A DNA stretch of 64,000 nucleotides from Terriglobia bacterium (GTDB lineage: Bacteria > Acidobacteriota > Terriglobia > 20CM-2-55-15), in assembly GCA_963664115.2 (NCBI GenBank), contig CAXWPJ010000009.1:480001-544000 (forward strand), read 5' to 3'. Of the stretch, positions 32,617 through 43,184 are shown in pieces (the first letter of the stretch is position 1; the number at the start of each line of letters is the position of its first letter). The position numbers and the translations under genes were made by a program. The notes beneath the pieces are model-generated. The model saw nothing but the letters and a program-made list of their open reading frames with translations. It was not told the origin of the DNA and did no database searches.

Positions 32617-32773
32617 CCCGAATCGCAGTTTCCGACGACTGATCTTGCCCGTCATTCATCACTTATCACTTTCCCCATGCTTGCAGATTGAACTTTCTAA
32701 AGCCCTTTGCTAATCTCAGTGGGCTGCACCGCCGATGGAAAAGGTGCGGTCTTGTGCACACCCGTGCCGTTGG

Positions 32774-32846
32774 TCCTCAGTAGCTCAATCGGTAGAGCAT
32801 CCGGCTGTTAACCGGAGGGTTGTAAGTTCGAGTCTTACCTGAGGAG
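32774..32846 (+). tRNA. tRNA-Asn (GTT), CCA not encoded
   Basis: Acceptor TCCTCAG/CTGAGGA; anticodon arm TCCGG-CTGTTAA-CCGGA; T loop TTCGAGT. Confidence 0.97.
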
Positions 32847-32939
32847 CTTTATTTTCAGTAAGTTGCAAGTCCTCATTTCCCTTCGATTTCTCACCGTGCC
32901 TATTTTGTGCCTACCCTATTCCCTTAAGAATCTGGAACT

Positions 32940-33068
32940 TCAAGAATCTAGAACTTCAACCGCACTAACAAGATAGTCAGGAGCCAAATGAGCGTACCGC
33001 TCAGTCATTTTACTGCTTCTATGACCAAGCAGCCGCTGCACCGCGAGCAAGGAAACACCCTTCATGAC
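32940..33068 (-). pseudogene. Tyrosine integrase C-terminal remnant, cut by the IS3 element
   Basis: Manual translation VMKGVSLLAVQRLLGHRSSKMTERYAHLAPDYLVSAVEVLDS*; points toward the tRNA-Asn 3' end. Confidence 0.85.
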
Positions 33069-33153
33069 TGTAGCCCGTCAGAGCATTTCGTACGAAATAC
33101 CCTAAAAAACTAAGAGACACTTTTCTAATCAGAACGATCTGAAGGAGGATCGA

Positions 33154-33519
33154 ATGAGTGAGAAAGTGTCGGCAGAGAATCGGGTACGAGAGATTCGTCG
33201 AAAGACGCGCAAGAAGTACTCGTCTGAGGAGAAAGTGCGGATCGTGTTGGAAGGGTTGCGAGGCGAAGAGAGCATCGCAGAACTGTGCCGACGCGAAGGG
33301 ATTCCGTCAAATCTGTATTACCGGTGGAGCAAGGACTTCCTGGAGGCGGGGAAGAAACGGCTGGCTGGGGACACGAAGCGGGAAGCGACATCGAGCGAAG
33401 TCACCGAGTTGCGGCAGGAAAACGATCAGTTGAAGCAGGTCGTGGCCGAAATACTGCTAAAGAATCGTTTTCTGAAAAAAACGTTGAACGTAACGGACTC
33501 CGAGAGCATCGATATATGA
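33154..33519 (+). CDS. IS3-family OrfA (HTH)
   Basis: YSSEEKVRIVLEGLRGEESIAELCRREGI; A7 slippery run at about 33475-33481 for a -1 shift into orfB. Confidence 0.88.
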   Translation: MSEKVSAENRVREIRRKTRKKYSSEEKVRIVLEGLRGEESIAELCRREGIPSNLYYRWSKDFLEAGKKRLAGDTKREATSSEVTELRQENDQLKQVVAEILLKNRFLKKTLNVTDSESIDI

Positions 33520-34499
33520 GGCAATCGGGATCTGAGAAGCTGGAGACGATCCGAGTGGTGGAAGACTCGGAGTTGTCGGTGACAGCGACCCTCCGGGAGC
33601 TGGGCGTCCCCCGCAGCACGTTCTACGGTTGGTATCGACGATACAAAGAGCGTGGCGCAGCCGGCTTGTTAGATCGGCATTCCGGCCCCGGCTTCTGCTG
33701 GAACCGGATTCCGGGACCGGTGCGGGAACAGGTGGTCGAAACCGCGTTGAACCACCCGGAAGCCTCACCGCGGGAACTGGCCTGGCAGATCACCGACACC
33801 CAGGACTACTTCATCTCCGAATCCAGCGTGTATCGGATTCTGAAGAGATGCGACCTGATCACCAGTCCCGCATACATCGTGATGACGGCCAGCGATCACT
33901 TCCAGCAGCCAACCCGGCGTGTGAACGAACTCTGGCAAACTGATTTCACTTACTTCAGGGTCGTCGGTTGGGGTTGGTACTACCTGTCGACCGTGCTGGA
34001 CGATTACTCTCGCTACATCATCGCCTGGAAGCTCTTTCAAACCATGGCCGCATCTGACGTTCAGGACACGCTGGACGTTGCACTACAGGCGACAGATGTC
34101 GGACAAGTACAAGTCCGGCACCGACCGCGATTGTTGAGCGACAACGGCCCCTGCTACGTATCGCACGAACTCAAAGACTATTTACAACGTCGTGGTATGG
34201 AACACACCCGGGGTGCGCCCTATCACCCGATGACACAGGGCAAGATCGAACGCTATCACCGTTCGATGAAGAACGTGGTCAAGTTGGAACACTACTATTA
34301 TCCGTGGGAACTTGAGCAGGCGATCGCGCAATGGGTCGAACACTACAACCACCATCGGTATCACGAATCTCTGAACAACGTGACACCGGCTGACGTGTTC
34401 TTCGGGAGGGATCAGCAGATCCTTGCACGTCGTGACCAGATCAAAAGAAAAACGCTGGCTCGACGCAAAATCGAGAACCTTAGGATTGGAGTGGTATAA
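33516..34499 (+). CDS. IS3-family OrfB (rve DDE core)
   Basis: WQTDFTY, LSDNG and QGKIERYH motifs; -1 frame relative to orfA. Confidence 0.88.
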   Translation: MRQSGSEKLETIRVVEDSELSVTATLRELGVPRSTFYGWYRRYKERGAAGLLDRHSGPGFCWNRIPGPVREQVVETALNHPEASPRELAWQITDTQDYFISESSVYRILKRCDLITSPAYIVMTASDHFQQPTRRVNELWQTDFTYFRVVGWGWYYLSTVLDDYSRYIIAWKLFQTMAASDVQDTLDVALQATDVGQVQVRHRPRLLSDNGPCYVSHELKDYLQRRGMEHTRGAPYHPMTQGKIERYHRSMKNVVKLEHYYYPWELEQAIAQWVEHYNHHRYHESLNNVTPADVFFGRDQQILARRDQIKRKTLARRKIENLRIGVV

Positions 34500-34558
34500 C
34501 TTCAAAACCGTCTCTTAGCTAAATGGTCTTTTTGTCCGAATTATTCTGACGACGTACA

Positions 34559-34823
34559 CGGTCGAAACCAACCACAAGGATCCATCCTCATCACTTTGAA
34601 TCTTGATGGCCACGCTGAGCCCCTTCAACTCCGACAACGGCATTTGAGCCCAGTCATGGCTACATCCAGAGAGCAGCGAGAGCAATTGCGACTTGTGCTC
34701 CTTGGCCAAGGCCATCACGTCAGCCGGTAGCGGTTCCAGCGCCCGGAATTTCAACTTGTCGCCCTGTGCGACTACGGAACCCCCTGCGTCGTGGATCCGC
34801 TCTAAGACTTCCTGCGCAGTCAT
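34559..34823 (-). pseudogene. Small satellite-element protein (TubC-N-like), 3' end truncated by IS3
   Basis: MTAQEVLERIHDAGGSVVAQGDKLKFRA...KEHKSQLLSLL; ORF runs into the IS end. Confidence 0.55.
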
Positions 34824-36304
34824 AATTCGTCCTCCCAAACAGTACCCTTTCCCTCGGATACCCCGTTCTCACACGTAACATGCGTAACATCGCTGATTTC
34901 ATGCGACTTGTCGTTTTCTGTACCCGTAACATTTGCTCCAATTGTTACGGGTTGAGAATCCTCCAAGCCATTTGTTTTGTTCGTTGTTACGGGTGTTACG
35001 GTTTTAAGGGGGAGGTAGCGGATAAAGGCATCCTCGAACCACGAGAGTTCGTAGCCTCTCGCCAATCCAGAACCGAAACGAATCGGCTTCGGGCGGATGC
35101 CGAACGGCTTCAGAAGCCTAGCAATTTGGAGCGACGTAATCGGATTCCCCTTTCTCCACTCCGGCCACGGATGTTCTTCTATTTTTCCCAAGTCCTCGAC
35201 AAGACTGGCAGATTCGATACGATCGACGGCGCGTTCTTTGAAGATTGCTTTGATGTCGGCAAGCAGTAGGGTTCGGGCAGACTCTTCGTCTTCACCTCGT
35301 GCGCCCGATAATTCCAAGGCAGCTATCCGCGCCAGTTGCGGCCATCTTCCGCCCGCGAAATCTGCGATAGAAAGCAACGGGCGCCAATTATCCTGTGCCC
35401 TGTCGTCCAGACTTTCGGGAACTGCGGGGTCAGACGATGTGATGTCCATGCGGTGATCGTCTGCCCATCGTGCAACCTTCCGCCGGATCGGTTCTAGTTC
35501 ATCGGATAAACGGTCAAACTGTATGCGATCCACGGACTCACTGGCAGTTCGTCGCCGCATGGAAATCGCAATGGACCTGTCCATCAAAGTCTCTGGCAAC
35601 TTGCCTATACAGGCGATGGCTTTTGGACACCACGTGCTAAACACCGTCGGGGTATGGTCGTCGCCCGTTGTGCGTAGGACTCTTGCTGTTGACTTCCTAT
35701 GGCCGCTGTTTAGGATGCCGCGCAGTTCATCATGGGAGCCTAGGAACGTGTCGGCCTCGTCAATTAACAATGTTGGCTTGAACACTTCTACTGCCCGGAA
35801 TATCGCCGCCGGAGTGCAATTACTAGTCGGTAATGGCCGCGCGACCAGCATTGATGTCAGTTCCAGGAGCGTCGTCTTGCCACATCTTTTTTCCGGACTC
35901 AGGATTCCGAGGTTAGGACAGACACCAAAGCTGTCGAAGATATAGGTGAGGAGTATCCACAGCGTGATCGCCGTAATGGACTCGTCAGACACGACGACGA
36001 AGCGGCGAATCGTTAGCGCGATCGTATTTAGGAGTTCGCCCAGGTTCACGGCATCCGGCCAAGGCTCCGGGTCCGTTAGCACTAGCCCTCCTTCTGTCTC
36101 TTCTGAATGTGACTTCGGACGACGTTTCAGCACCTCACCGTCGAGCGTTCCAACGCGGACACCGAGTCGCTTTGCAACCGATTCCCGGCGGCGGTCATAC
36201 TCGATGGGAGACAACAATGCGAGTCCTTCGAAGACATCCTCATCAGCCTGTGATAGGCACGCCAGTTCCGACATTTCTTCTGCTGTCGGTTCAGGCTGCT
36301 GCAT
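34820..36304 (-). CDS. DUF3631-domain replication protein (satellite helicase-like)
   Basis: SPEKRCGKTT, PTLLIDEAD, DRAQDNWRPL and LARLLKPFGI-like motifs; RBS AAGGAGG. Confidence 0.8.
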   Translation of the reverse strand: MQQPEPTAEEMSELACLSQADEDVFEGLALLSPIEYDRRRESVAKRLGVRVGTLDGEVLKRRPKSHSEETEGGLVLTDPEPWPDAVNLGELLNTIALTIRRFVVVSDESITAITLWILLTYIFDSFGVCPNLGILSPEKRCGKTTLLELTSMLVARPLPTSNCTPAAIFRAVEVFKPTLLIDEADTFLGSHDELRGILNSGHRKSTARVLRTTGDDHTPTVFSTWCPKAIACIGKLPETLMDRSIAISMRRRTASESVDRIQFDRLSDELEPIRRKVARWADDHRMDITSSDPAVPESLDDRAQDNWRPLLSIADFAGGRWPQLARIAALELSGARGEDEESARTLLLADIKAIFKERAVDRIESASLVEDLGKIEEHPWPEWRKGNPITSLQIARLLKPFGIRPKPIRFGSGLARGYELSWFEDAFIRYLPLKTVTPVTTNKTNGLEDSQPVTIGANVTGTENDKSHEISDVTHVTCENGVSEGKGTVWEDEL

Positions 36305-36824
36305 GTGCCACCTCCTTGTGCTCCCGCCATACATCAAGGTGCTGACCTGCGTCTTTCAGGCTCAGCCGGTCGAAGTCGTACTTCAGTGCCGTCGTCGTGT
36401 GATACGCAGTTGCCAGCGCAGTCCACGCAGTCTCCGAGTCCGGATCAATGGCGAGAAGGATGCCTGCGTCAGCGACCAGACTGTCGGTGCGCCTCATGGT
36501 GAGGCATACCTGCGTCAGAGTCCGCTGTCTCCAACGTTCGAGACCTATCAGGGCACGTTGCCTCCGTTCAGTCGCTGGGTCAGGTTTCTTAGCCACTTTA
36601 GGCGAATCGAAAAGATCTGAGAGCGTGAGGCCAACGGCTTTAACCATTTCTTCGGCCGTAGACCCACCGAAGTCGTGGAGGAGAAGTTTTCCGTGCTGCT
36701 CGTCGTACCTTGCCGATCCAGATGGGTGCTTGTCCTTACGTGTGGGCACGCTGAAGATCCAGCGGTTCCGTGCTACTTCTTTGAAGTAGTCGGTTCGGGA
36801 AAGAAACCGTTTGGCTGTAGTCAC
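36291..36824 (-). CDS. Primase zinc-binding-domain-like protein of a satellite element (start uncertain)
   Basis: DKHPS...GKLLLHDFGGS..EMVKAVGL.LSDLF; overlaps the DUF3631 gene. Confidence 0.55.
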   Translation of the reverse strand: MTTAKRFLSRTDYFKEVARNRWIFSVPTRKDKHPSGSARYDEQHGKLLLHDFGGSTAEEMVKAVGLTLSDLFDSPKVAKKPDPATERRQRALIGLERWRQRTLTQVCLTMRRTDSLVADAGILLAIDPDSETAWTALATAYHTTTALKYDFDRLSLKDAGQHLDVWREHKEVAHAAA

Positions 36825-37075
36825 TGGGACGACTCGCTGAAGCGCTCGATCAGTTCGCGAATGTCCGAAACGCGTCAAGCTGTAGTTCGGGGGCCAAGCT
36901 TGACGGGTTTTGGGTATCGTCCGGCTCGAACGCCGTCCCACCAACTGGAACGGCCGACTGGGATGACCTGCAAGATTTGAGGAAGGCGTACAAATCCGAT
37001 TTCGGGGAGTGAGGTTTGGACCTTTTCGATTGTCATGGGCCAAGGTTGGCCCACATGAGTCAGAAAATTAGTTAA

Positions 37076-37705
37076 TCAAATTGGACGAAGTTGCTTAACC
37101 GCCAAGGCAATACTCTCCTTCAGTTCGCCCTTTGGTCTGGTCAACTTCAGTCTGCGCAGTTCTCCCTTCAGGCGGTCATCATCCCATTCGACGGGAGGAT
37201 CGAAACACATAAGTAGCTCAAGAATTTCGCTGTTGCTTAGCATCATCAACCCAGATTCGAGTTCCGGGTTGAGGAGCGGTAACGGCCAATTCAAGAATAA
37301 GAACATCTTCGTTTGAAGACTCGATAGCAAGCGTTTGTCCAGTGAACGTTTGCTTTGTCCACACAGAGAACCCATGATTTCTCCAAGAAACCGCTGGTCG
37401 TCCTCTATGATGGCCGTTCTGCAGCGATCTTGGATCTTAGGATCCAGCCGCAGACAATCTGGAAACACAGATGCAATCTTGACCATCCCAGCGTCACCTT
37501 GATCGGTGATTTCATAGTGGCGCTGGCTGAACCTGAGGACGCAGAAAAAGTCGAGCAGCCTAAACGCTGTAATGCCACGGAGTGCGCTCGTGTCTAATCC
37601 ATTCCATCGTGCCGCCAGAACAATGTCGGCGAGTTGATCGAAAGTCTTGATCATGCGCGGATCCTCACAACCTTCGACTGCATTGCTGTCGCGAACGTTG
37701 CCCAC
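37076..37705 (-). CDS. Hypothetical protein
   Basis: 209-aa ORF following the integrase; likely start 37654 overlapping the integrase stop. Confidence 0.5.
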   Translation of the reverse strand: MGNVRDSNAVEGCEDPRMIKTFDQLADIVLAARWNGLDTSALRGITAFRLLDFFCVLRFSQRHYEITDQGDAGMVKIASVFPDCLRLDPKIQDRCRTAIIEDDQRFLGEIMGSLCGQSKRSLDKRLLSSLQTKMFLFLNWPLPLLNPELESGLMMLSNSEILELLMCFDPPVEWDDDRLKGELRRLKLTRPKGELKESIALAVKQLRPI

Positions 37706-38856
37706 GTCTCCATCAGATTGCGTCTCTTCTCGAACAAGTCTGTCCGGCGATAGGCCGCTTCAGTCTTGTCCTTCACAACGTGGGCGAGCGCTGCTTCAGT
37801 GGCGGTCCGCGGGTAGTTCGTGCGTTCTTCAGCCCAGTCCCGAAAACTCGACCGAAAGCCGTGGGCTGTAATATCGGCACGATCCATGCGCCTCAGTGTC
37901 ATCAAGAACGCCATGTTCGAGAGAGGCTTGTTCGGTGTCTGGCCGGGAAAGATCAGTTCACCTCCATCTGAAATCTGTTTTGCCGCTCTGAGTATTTCTA
38001 GGCATCGCAGGCTCAACGGTACGCGATGTTCTCGACCGGCCTTCATCCGGGAGGCAGGGATACGCCAGGTTTTTGTCTTCAAATCGATTTCGGGCCAGGT
38101 GGCGCTGATGACTTCGTTTGTCCGGGCAACCGTCAATATGAGAAATTCGAAGGCCAGCTTTACAGACTCACGGGAAGCGCTCTGACAAATGGCATCGATG
38201 AAAGTTGCAACCTCTTCGTAAGGCAGAGCGGAAAAGTGTCGTCGAGTGGTTGGTTGCTTCGGCAGCACCATTTTCAGACCATCTACCGGATTGTCGCCCG
38301 ACCGGAAGCCTGAGGCTTTGGCCCAATCGAAAACGGCCCTAATCCGCTGGCGCACCCGCCGCGCAGTTTCCGGCTTCGTCAACCAGAACGGTTCCAGCGT
38401 CTTCAGTACATCTGAAGTCTCTACGTCATCCAGTCGTTGATCGCCGAACATAGGAAACACGTAAACTCTCAGTGTGTTTATCCACTGCAAGGAGTGTTTC
38501 GAGTTCTTGAAAGATGGGGCCAAACGGGCGTGTACCTTTTTCGCTGCCTCCTCGAATGTAGGCACAACGCGGCGCTCCTTGCGACGTTCAGCCAGCGGAT
38601 CGCCGTTCGACCGGGCGATCTTTCTTAAGCGCGCGGCTTCTTCGCGAGCTGCAGCCAAGGGTGTGACCGACAGCCCACCCAACCCAATGTCGCGACGCTT
38701 TCCACGAACGATGGTCCGCAGTATCCATTGCTTGGATGAACCTTTAACAACAAGATAGAGTCCGTTGCCGTCAGCGTACCGACCTGGCTTGGAGACTGTG
38801 CGGACTCGAGTTGCGGAGAGCCCTTTTTCGATATGTTTGCCTTTGCTCTTTGGCAT
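37651..38856 (-). CDS. P4-like tyrosine integrase (arm-binding DUF4102 plus catalytic domain)
   Basis: YADGNGLYL, MKAGREHRVPLS, TAHGFRSSFRDW, LAH and AYRR motifs. Confidence 0.93.
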   Translation of the reverse strand: MPKSKGKHIEKGLSATRVRTVSKPGRYADGNGLYLVVKGSSKQWILRTIVRGKRRDIGLGGLSVTPLAAAREEAARLRKIARSNGDPLAERRKERRVVPTFEEAAKKVHARLAPSFKNSKHSLQWINTLRVYVFPMFGDQRLDDVETSDVLKTLEPFWLTKPETARRVRQRIRAVFDWAKASGFRSGDNPVDGLKMVLPKQPTTRRHFSALPYEEVATFIDAICQSASRESVKLAFEFLILTVARTNEVISATWPEIDLKTKTWRIPASRMKAGREHRVPLSLRCLEILRAAKQISDGGELIFPGQTPNKPLSNMAFLMTLRRMDRADITAHGFRSSFRDWAEERTNYPRTATEAALAHVVKDKTEAAYRRTDLFEKRRNLMETWATFATAMQSKVVRIRA

Positions 38857-38993
38857 GCGACCCCACATTCGGTCCCACATTTCTAGTGCGATTTCTTTGG
38901 ATTGTATCGGACGGTAGTAGACAGAAGAGGGGATAAAAAGTCCTAAAAATAGGGGTTTGTCGGATCTTTTCGGATATTATCGGATCTTAGGCA

Positions 38994-39011
38994 GGCGGAC
39001 TCTTCCTCCGC
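38994..39011 (+). other. Probable att junction resembling a tRNA-Ser-like 3' end
   Basis: GGCGGA-CTCTTCCTCCG just upstream of the P4-like integrase, after TCGGAT repeats. Confidence 0.4.
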
Positions 39012-39020
39012 TTTGTTTCT

Positions 39021-39608
39021 TTAGTTTACTGCTGGGTGCTCGTCGGGCGTTTCCGGTGCCGGATCGGGCACTGTAGTGAAAACTGTAAGGACTTCTTTCA
39101 TTCCCGTGCGCTTTTCGGCTTGTTTCACCTTTTCTACTTCGGCGATTTCCTTGGCTGCATTGAAAGCTTCCAGGCGCTTCACTGTTTCAGCTTGGTGCTG
39201 CTCCTGAGGGTGGGCGTACCGCATAACCATATTGAGCTTGCTGTGACCTAGCAGAGCCGCCAGTGTCGTTAGGTCCACACCCGCCTCTGCCGCCCGTGTC
39301 GCCCAGGTGTGCCGACAGTCGTACAGTCGAAATGGGCGGACCTTGGAGTCTCTCAGTGCAGACTTGTGGCCCTTGTCAACGGTCGTGATGTATCGCTGAG
39401 GGTCTTTCCGGTGAGGAAACAGGTAACCGTCTTTCTGAGCTTCCATTCGCCGCTTCAGGACAGCGAGAGCGGTCGCTGTCAGCGGAATCCGCCTCCGGGC
39501 CGCTCTTGTCTTTCCGAAGCGTACAAAAACGTAGCCTTGGACAAGCTCGACGTTATCCACTCGAATCTTGTACACCTCTTCGGGGCGCATGCCCGTTTCA
39601 AGGATCAA
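39021..39608 (-). pseudogene. Tyrosine integrase, catalytic C-terminal half only
   Basis: TGMRPEE, KT, YDCRHTWAT, LLGH and RYAH motifs; no N-terminal domain. Confidence 0.85.
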
Positions 39609-39715
39609 GGCCGCCGAAGTGGACTCATGGAAGGTTTCCGATCATCGTAAAATAAGGTTCAGCGACGACGGCTGGTGGGGTGTGGGTTGTTGTGATTTGT
39701 TGGGATTTCCGTTCT

Positions 39716-40318
39716 TCACTTCATGAAGGCAGGCCTGTCATCGGCAGGAGCCGGGAGTGCTGGGTCTTTTAGCGGCATGATCCAAGAAGCGGGCATCAGG
39801 GAACGCTCCACCGCGGCCAGGTCTATTTCTGGGTCAACCAACAGTTGCTTTTCTCTGCCCTGGAGGGACGCCTCCGCCAGTACCTGGACTTGAATTTGGT
39901 CGTAGCCCCGGCTACGAAATTCCTCAGCGATAAAGTGAGCGAATTCCCGAATCATATCCGGGTTAGAAGACATCTTGCGCTCCTGCCAGGAGGGAAGAAC
40001 CAGCCCGGGTACGACTCTGTAGGCCTTACGTTCGACCGGATCGACCGCAAAGAATTCCGTTGTCCTCTCCCGCTTGCTGCGAACCATCATGTGCCAGGAA
40101 AAGTTGTGACCTTCCTCGGTCCAACTCACGTTTCCCGGGTACAAAAAGTGGCGAAGTGGCACCAACAATTGCACGATAAGGTAAGGCCTTAGTGACCAAC
40201 AAAGAGCATCATGTGAATGTGCACTCCCGGGTTGTGGCACCAACAATTGAAGTAAAGTCACGAGCGAAGTCTGTTGTCTGCGAAGGTCGAGACCGGCGCT
40301 CAGAGTGCCCTACCCTAG
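39716..40318 (-). pseudogene. HTTM / vitamin K-dependent gamma-carboxylase-like gene, C-terminal part
   Basis: PLRHFLYPGNVSWTEEGHNFSWHMM...PDMIREFAH...WIMPL. Confidence 0.85.
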
Positions 40319-40319
40319 C

Positions 40320-42166
40320 CCCAAAACAAGCGCATAACCAGTCCGCCGAGGCCCAGTTCGCGCCGATAGAATTCGAGGCATAGAATCCCGTTCCCGGATG
40401 GCCTGTTCCAGGTATCGAGTTTCTGTTGAATCTGTTTCAGTTCAGCCTCGCTGGTGTTGGACGGTTGACAGAAACCGGGACCTCGATCGCCCGGGCTCAG
40501 AGTCATGATCGGGTCAACATCGCAGAGGCTGACGCAACACATCCACCCCGCGGAACAAGACCGGCAACCACCGGTTCCAGGCCAGGATCCGGAACAGAAT
40601 GCGCCGCCCGGTGCGCACGAGTTGGCACGGCACAAGCATGAAAGCGTTCAAGAAGGTTTTGAACTCCATGCGCAGCACGGTTTGCTTCTCAGCCTGATAT
40701 TTTTGGCCCCAACGTCCGGTTTCGGGAAGCAGCAATGCAAACCACGCTTTCAGTGTCCAGGCCAGTGACGCGATCACCATGTAGGCCCAGTTGCTGGTCT
40801 GATCTCCGACCGGCATCCGCAACGCCTGAACGCCGTTCTTCAACTGCTCAATGAGATTCTCCTGATTGCACCGTTGATTGGCACGCATCACAATCTGGTC
40901 GGCCGGATCCGAACGGTTGGTAATGTAGAAGAAGTACCGGATGTCGTCAAACAACACCTGCTCTCCTTTGGCCACCGACAGATTCTTCCGCACCACGACG
41001 ACACGGTAGTCCCGATCGCAGGCTCCGGGTCGATACCGAAACTCGGCCACATCCTCACCCTGCAAGCGGATATTGTCGAAACCGCGCTGCCGAACGATCT
41101 CTTCCTTCACGTTGTCGGGACGTTGGCGCGGTTCGGTCGCCACGTCGTATTTCGCGGGCCGTTCCAGGCGCTTCCACTGGCGCGGCTCCAGTTCATCGGC
41201 CCGGGCCTTCAGGTTCGCCATCGCGTCAATCCCGAATATGAAACCCACCTGCTGGTCGTCCCATCCGTCCAGATGCCGGGTCTGGCTGAAGTCCGTGTCC
41301 CCGCGCAGCAGGATCTGGCGAAACCCCGCATGCCGGCACAATGCGATGGCTTGGTCGAACCGGACCGCGGCTCCTTCATGCGACGGCCGGTTGCCGCTAC
41401 GATTGACCAGATACAGCGGTTCGGCGGTGTTGGCCAGCGAGATCATCAGCGGGTGATATCCCCACGTCCCGTCGTAGGCCACGTCCATCCCTTGCTTGCA
41501 TTCCCCCGTGGTTTCGGCCAGTGTCCCGTCCGCGTCCAACACCGCTTCTTCGAAAAACGCCGCCGGTTGCTGTCGCCAGACTCCGAGCCGGACTTGATTG
41601 GTTGCCTCCATCAGACACTCCACGTCGTCGGCCTCGAATCTCCGGCAGAAGTCTCCCGCCGTCGTCGGATCCGGAATCCGTTGCGCTCCCAGCGCATCCA
41701 GATACACCGCATCGTTGCGCCGCAGTTCGATGTCTTCCAGGCACGTTCCTCCGCTCAAGGCGTTGTAGGCGATGTTCAGCACGTGATCCGACTCGTGATA
41801 CGGCAGGTGCCGCTTCAACACATGCACGCCCTTGTCGATGGCTTCGATCAGCCCGGTCCGCCGCGCCACCAGTTGCATCGTCCCGATACCACCAACCGAT
41901 GTGCCCCGCGTCCGCTCTCCCATCTCGTACTGAATGTTGCTCGCCGAAAACATCGGCTCTACCTGATCCGTCCAATGCCGGTCCCCAAGCCGACGTTCGA
42001 TTCGCCGCTTGCGGTTCCTCATGTTCTTGCGCGTATAATCGTTCATCTGAAATGCCTCCTTTTCCGAAGAATCTGTTCAAGGTTTTTTTCGCACGGAGAC
42101 GGGGCATTTCGGGTACTTCCGCTCTTATTGCACTATCATTTCCTCGTCAATCACGCTTGTTCAGGG
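40320..42166 (-). mobile_element. IS1380-family insertion sequence, copy 2 (1847 bp)
   Basis: Same ends as copy 1; CTAG flanks; interrupts the HTTM gene. Confidence 0.93.
40514..42046 (-). CDS. IS1380-family DDE transposase
   Basis: Protein identical to 1250-2782. Confidence 0.92.
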   Translation of the reverse strand: MNDYTRKNMRNRKRRIERRLGDRHWTDQVEPMFSASNIQYEMGERTRGTSVGGIGTMQLVARRTGLIEAIDKGVHVLKRHLPYHESDHVLNIAYNALSGGTCLEDIELRRNDAVYLDALGAQRIPDPTTAGDFCRRFEADDVECLMEATNQVRLGVWRQQPAAFFEEAVLDADGTLAETTGECKQGMDVAYDGTWGYHPLMISLANTAEPLYLVNRSGNRPSHEGAAVRFDQAIALCRHAGFRQILLRGDTDFSQTRHLDGWDDQQVGFIFGIDAMANLKARADELEPRQWKRLERPAKYDVATEPRQRPDNVKEEIVRQRGFDNIRLQGEDVAEFRYRPGACDRDYRVVVVRKNLSVAKGEQVLFDDIRYFFYITNRSDPADQIVMRANQRCNQENLIEQLKNGVQALRMPVGDQTSNWAYMVIASLAWTLKAWFALLLPETGRWGQKYQAEKQTVLRMEFKTFLNAFMLVPCQLVRTGRRILFRILAWNRWLPVLFRGVDVLRQPLRC

Positions 42167-43114
42167 ACTAGCGTGCCTCGAGGTGGTTCGGTCCCTCCGC
42201 AGTGCGGTTGTTCCTGAGCCAGACCGCATCCTCTTGAGAGGATTTTCCCGGAAAAAACGAACGAGCAACCGAGGCCAGTCAGGGCGGAAGAAGAGCATTG
42301 TGGCGGCAATCATGAACCAGGGGAAGATGCCGATGTCGAAAAGCCTCGCGTTGGTCACGTGAAAGGTTGTTGCTGCCACAAACGCCAATAACCGGGTTTT
42401 TCTCCAGAGCAGCAGGGGAACCACCAGCAGATCCAGTAACAACCCTCCATAGCTGAACAGGGAAACCATCCAACCTTGCGTGAAGTACGGCCCGATGATG
42501 GGGAAGTCGGTCCGACTGGCAAGGAGCTCCTGAATGGTGCCTGTTGAAAGCCAGTCGCTGTTGAGCTTGGCCAGTCCTCCGTAGAAATAGACGATTCCGA
42601 TCTGCGCTCGCAGCAGCCACAGGGACCAGGCCGGCGCTGTGTCAGAACGAATGCCGGACCGGCGCCACGCATCCAGTGAGAAAGCCCGCTGGGTCGGAAG
42701 GAAGATCAGTAGAAAACTGACAAGGCAGATGAGGTAGAAGTGATTCAGATAGCGGGCCTTTTCCAGCAGAAACATGTAGGTAAATGCCAGGAAAAACAGA
42801 GTGGCACTGACCCGGTAGAAGAGGCCCAGGGCGATCAAAACAGCCAATATGCCCAGGACGTAGAAATATAGGTACATCCCATCGCCGGGCAAGGGCTTGA
42901 CCCAGTCAAACCCCCAGTAGCTGAAGTGGAATCTGGGCTCGATCCAGATTAGGGAGATCCAATCGTGGCTGAAATAGCGCCACACTTCCCACACCATGAC
43001 GACGCCAAAGACAATGCGGAAGTAGACCAGGGAGGCAATATCCACGGGTGCCAAAAGACGTTCCCGGAAGCTGTGTGGAACGTTTTCGTTCCGGTTGTCA
43101 GGACCCTCTTTCAT
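42167..43114 (-). pseudogene. HTTM / vitamin K-dependent gamma-carboxylase-like gene, N-terminal part
   Basis: ASLVYFRIVFG, YLNHFYL, YGGLAKLNSDW and IGIFPWFM motifs; ends at the IS. Confidence 0.88.
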
Positions 43115-43184
43115 CTATTCCGAAACTGTGCCTTTTCAACGCCGCCGATCGCGTCCGGACAATCTCCATGGGCTTGGCGCGGGT

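Larger units (their letters stand above)
33069..34558 (+). mobile_element. IS3-family insertion sequence
   Basis: Imperfect IRs TGTAGCCCGTCAGA / TCTGACGACGTACA; orfA and orfB; no target duplication. Confidence 0.88.
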
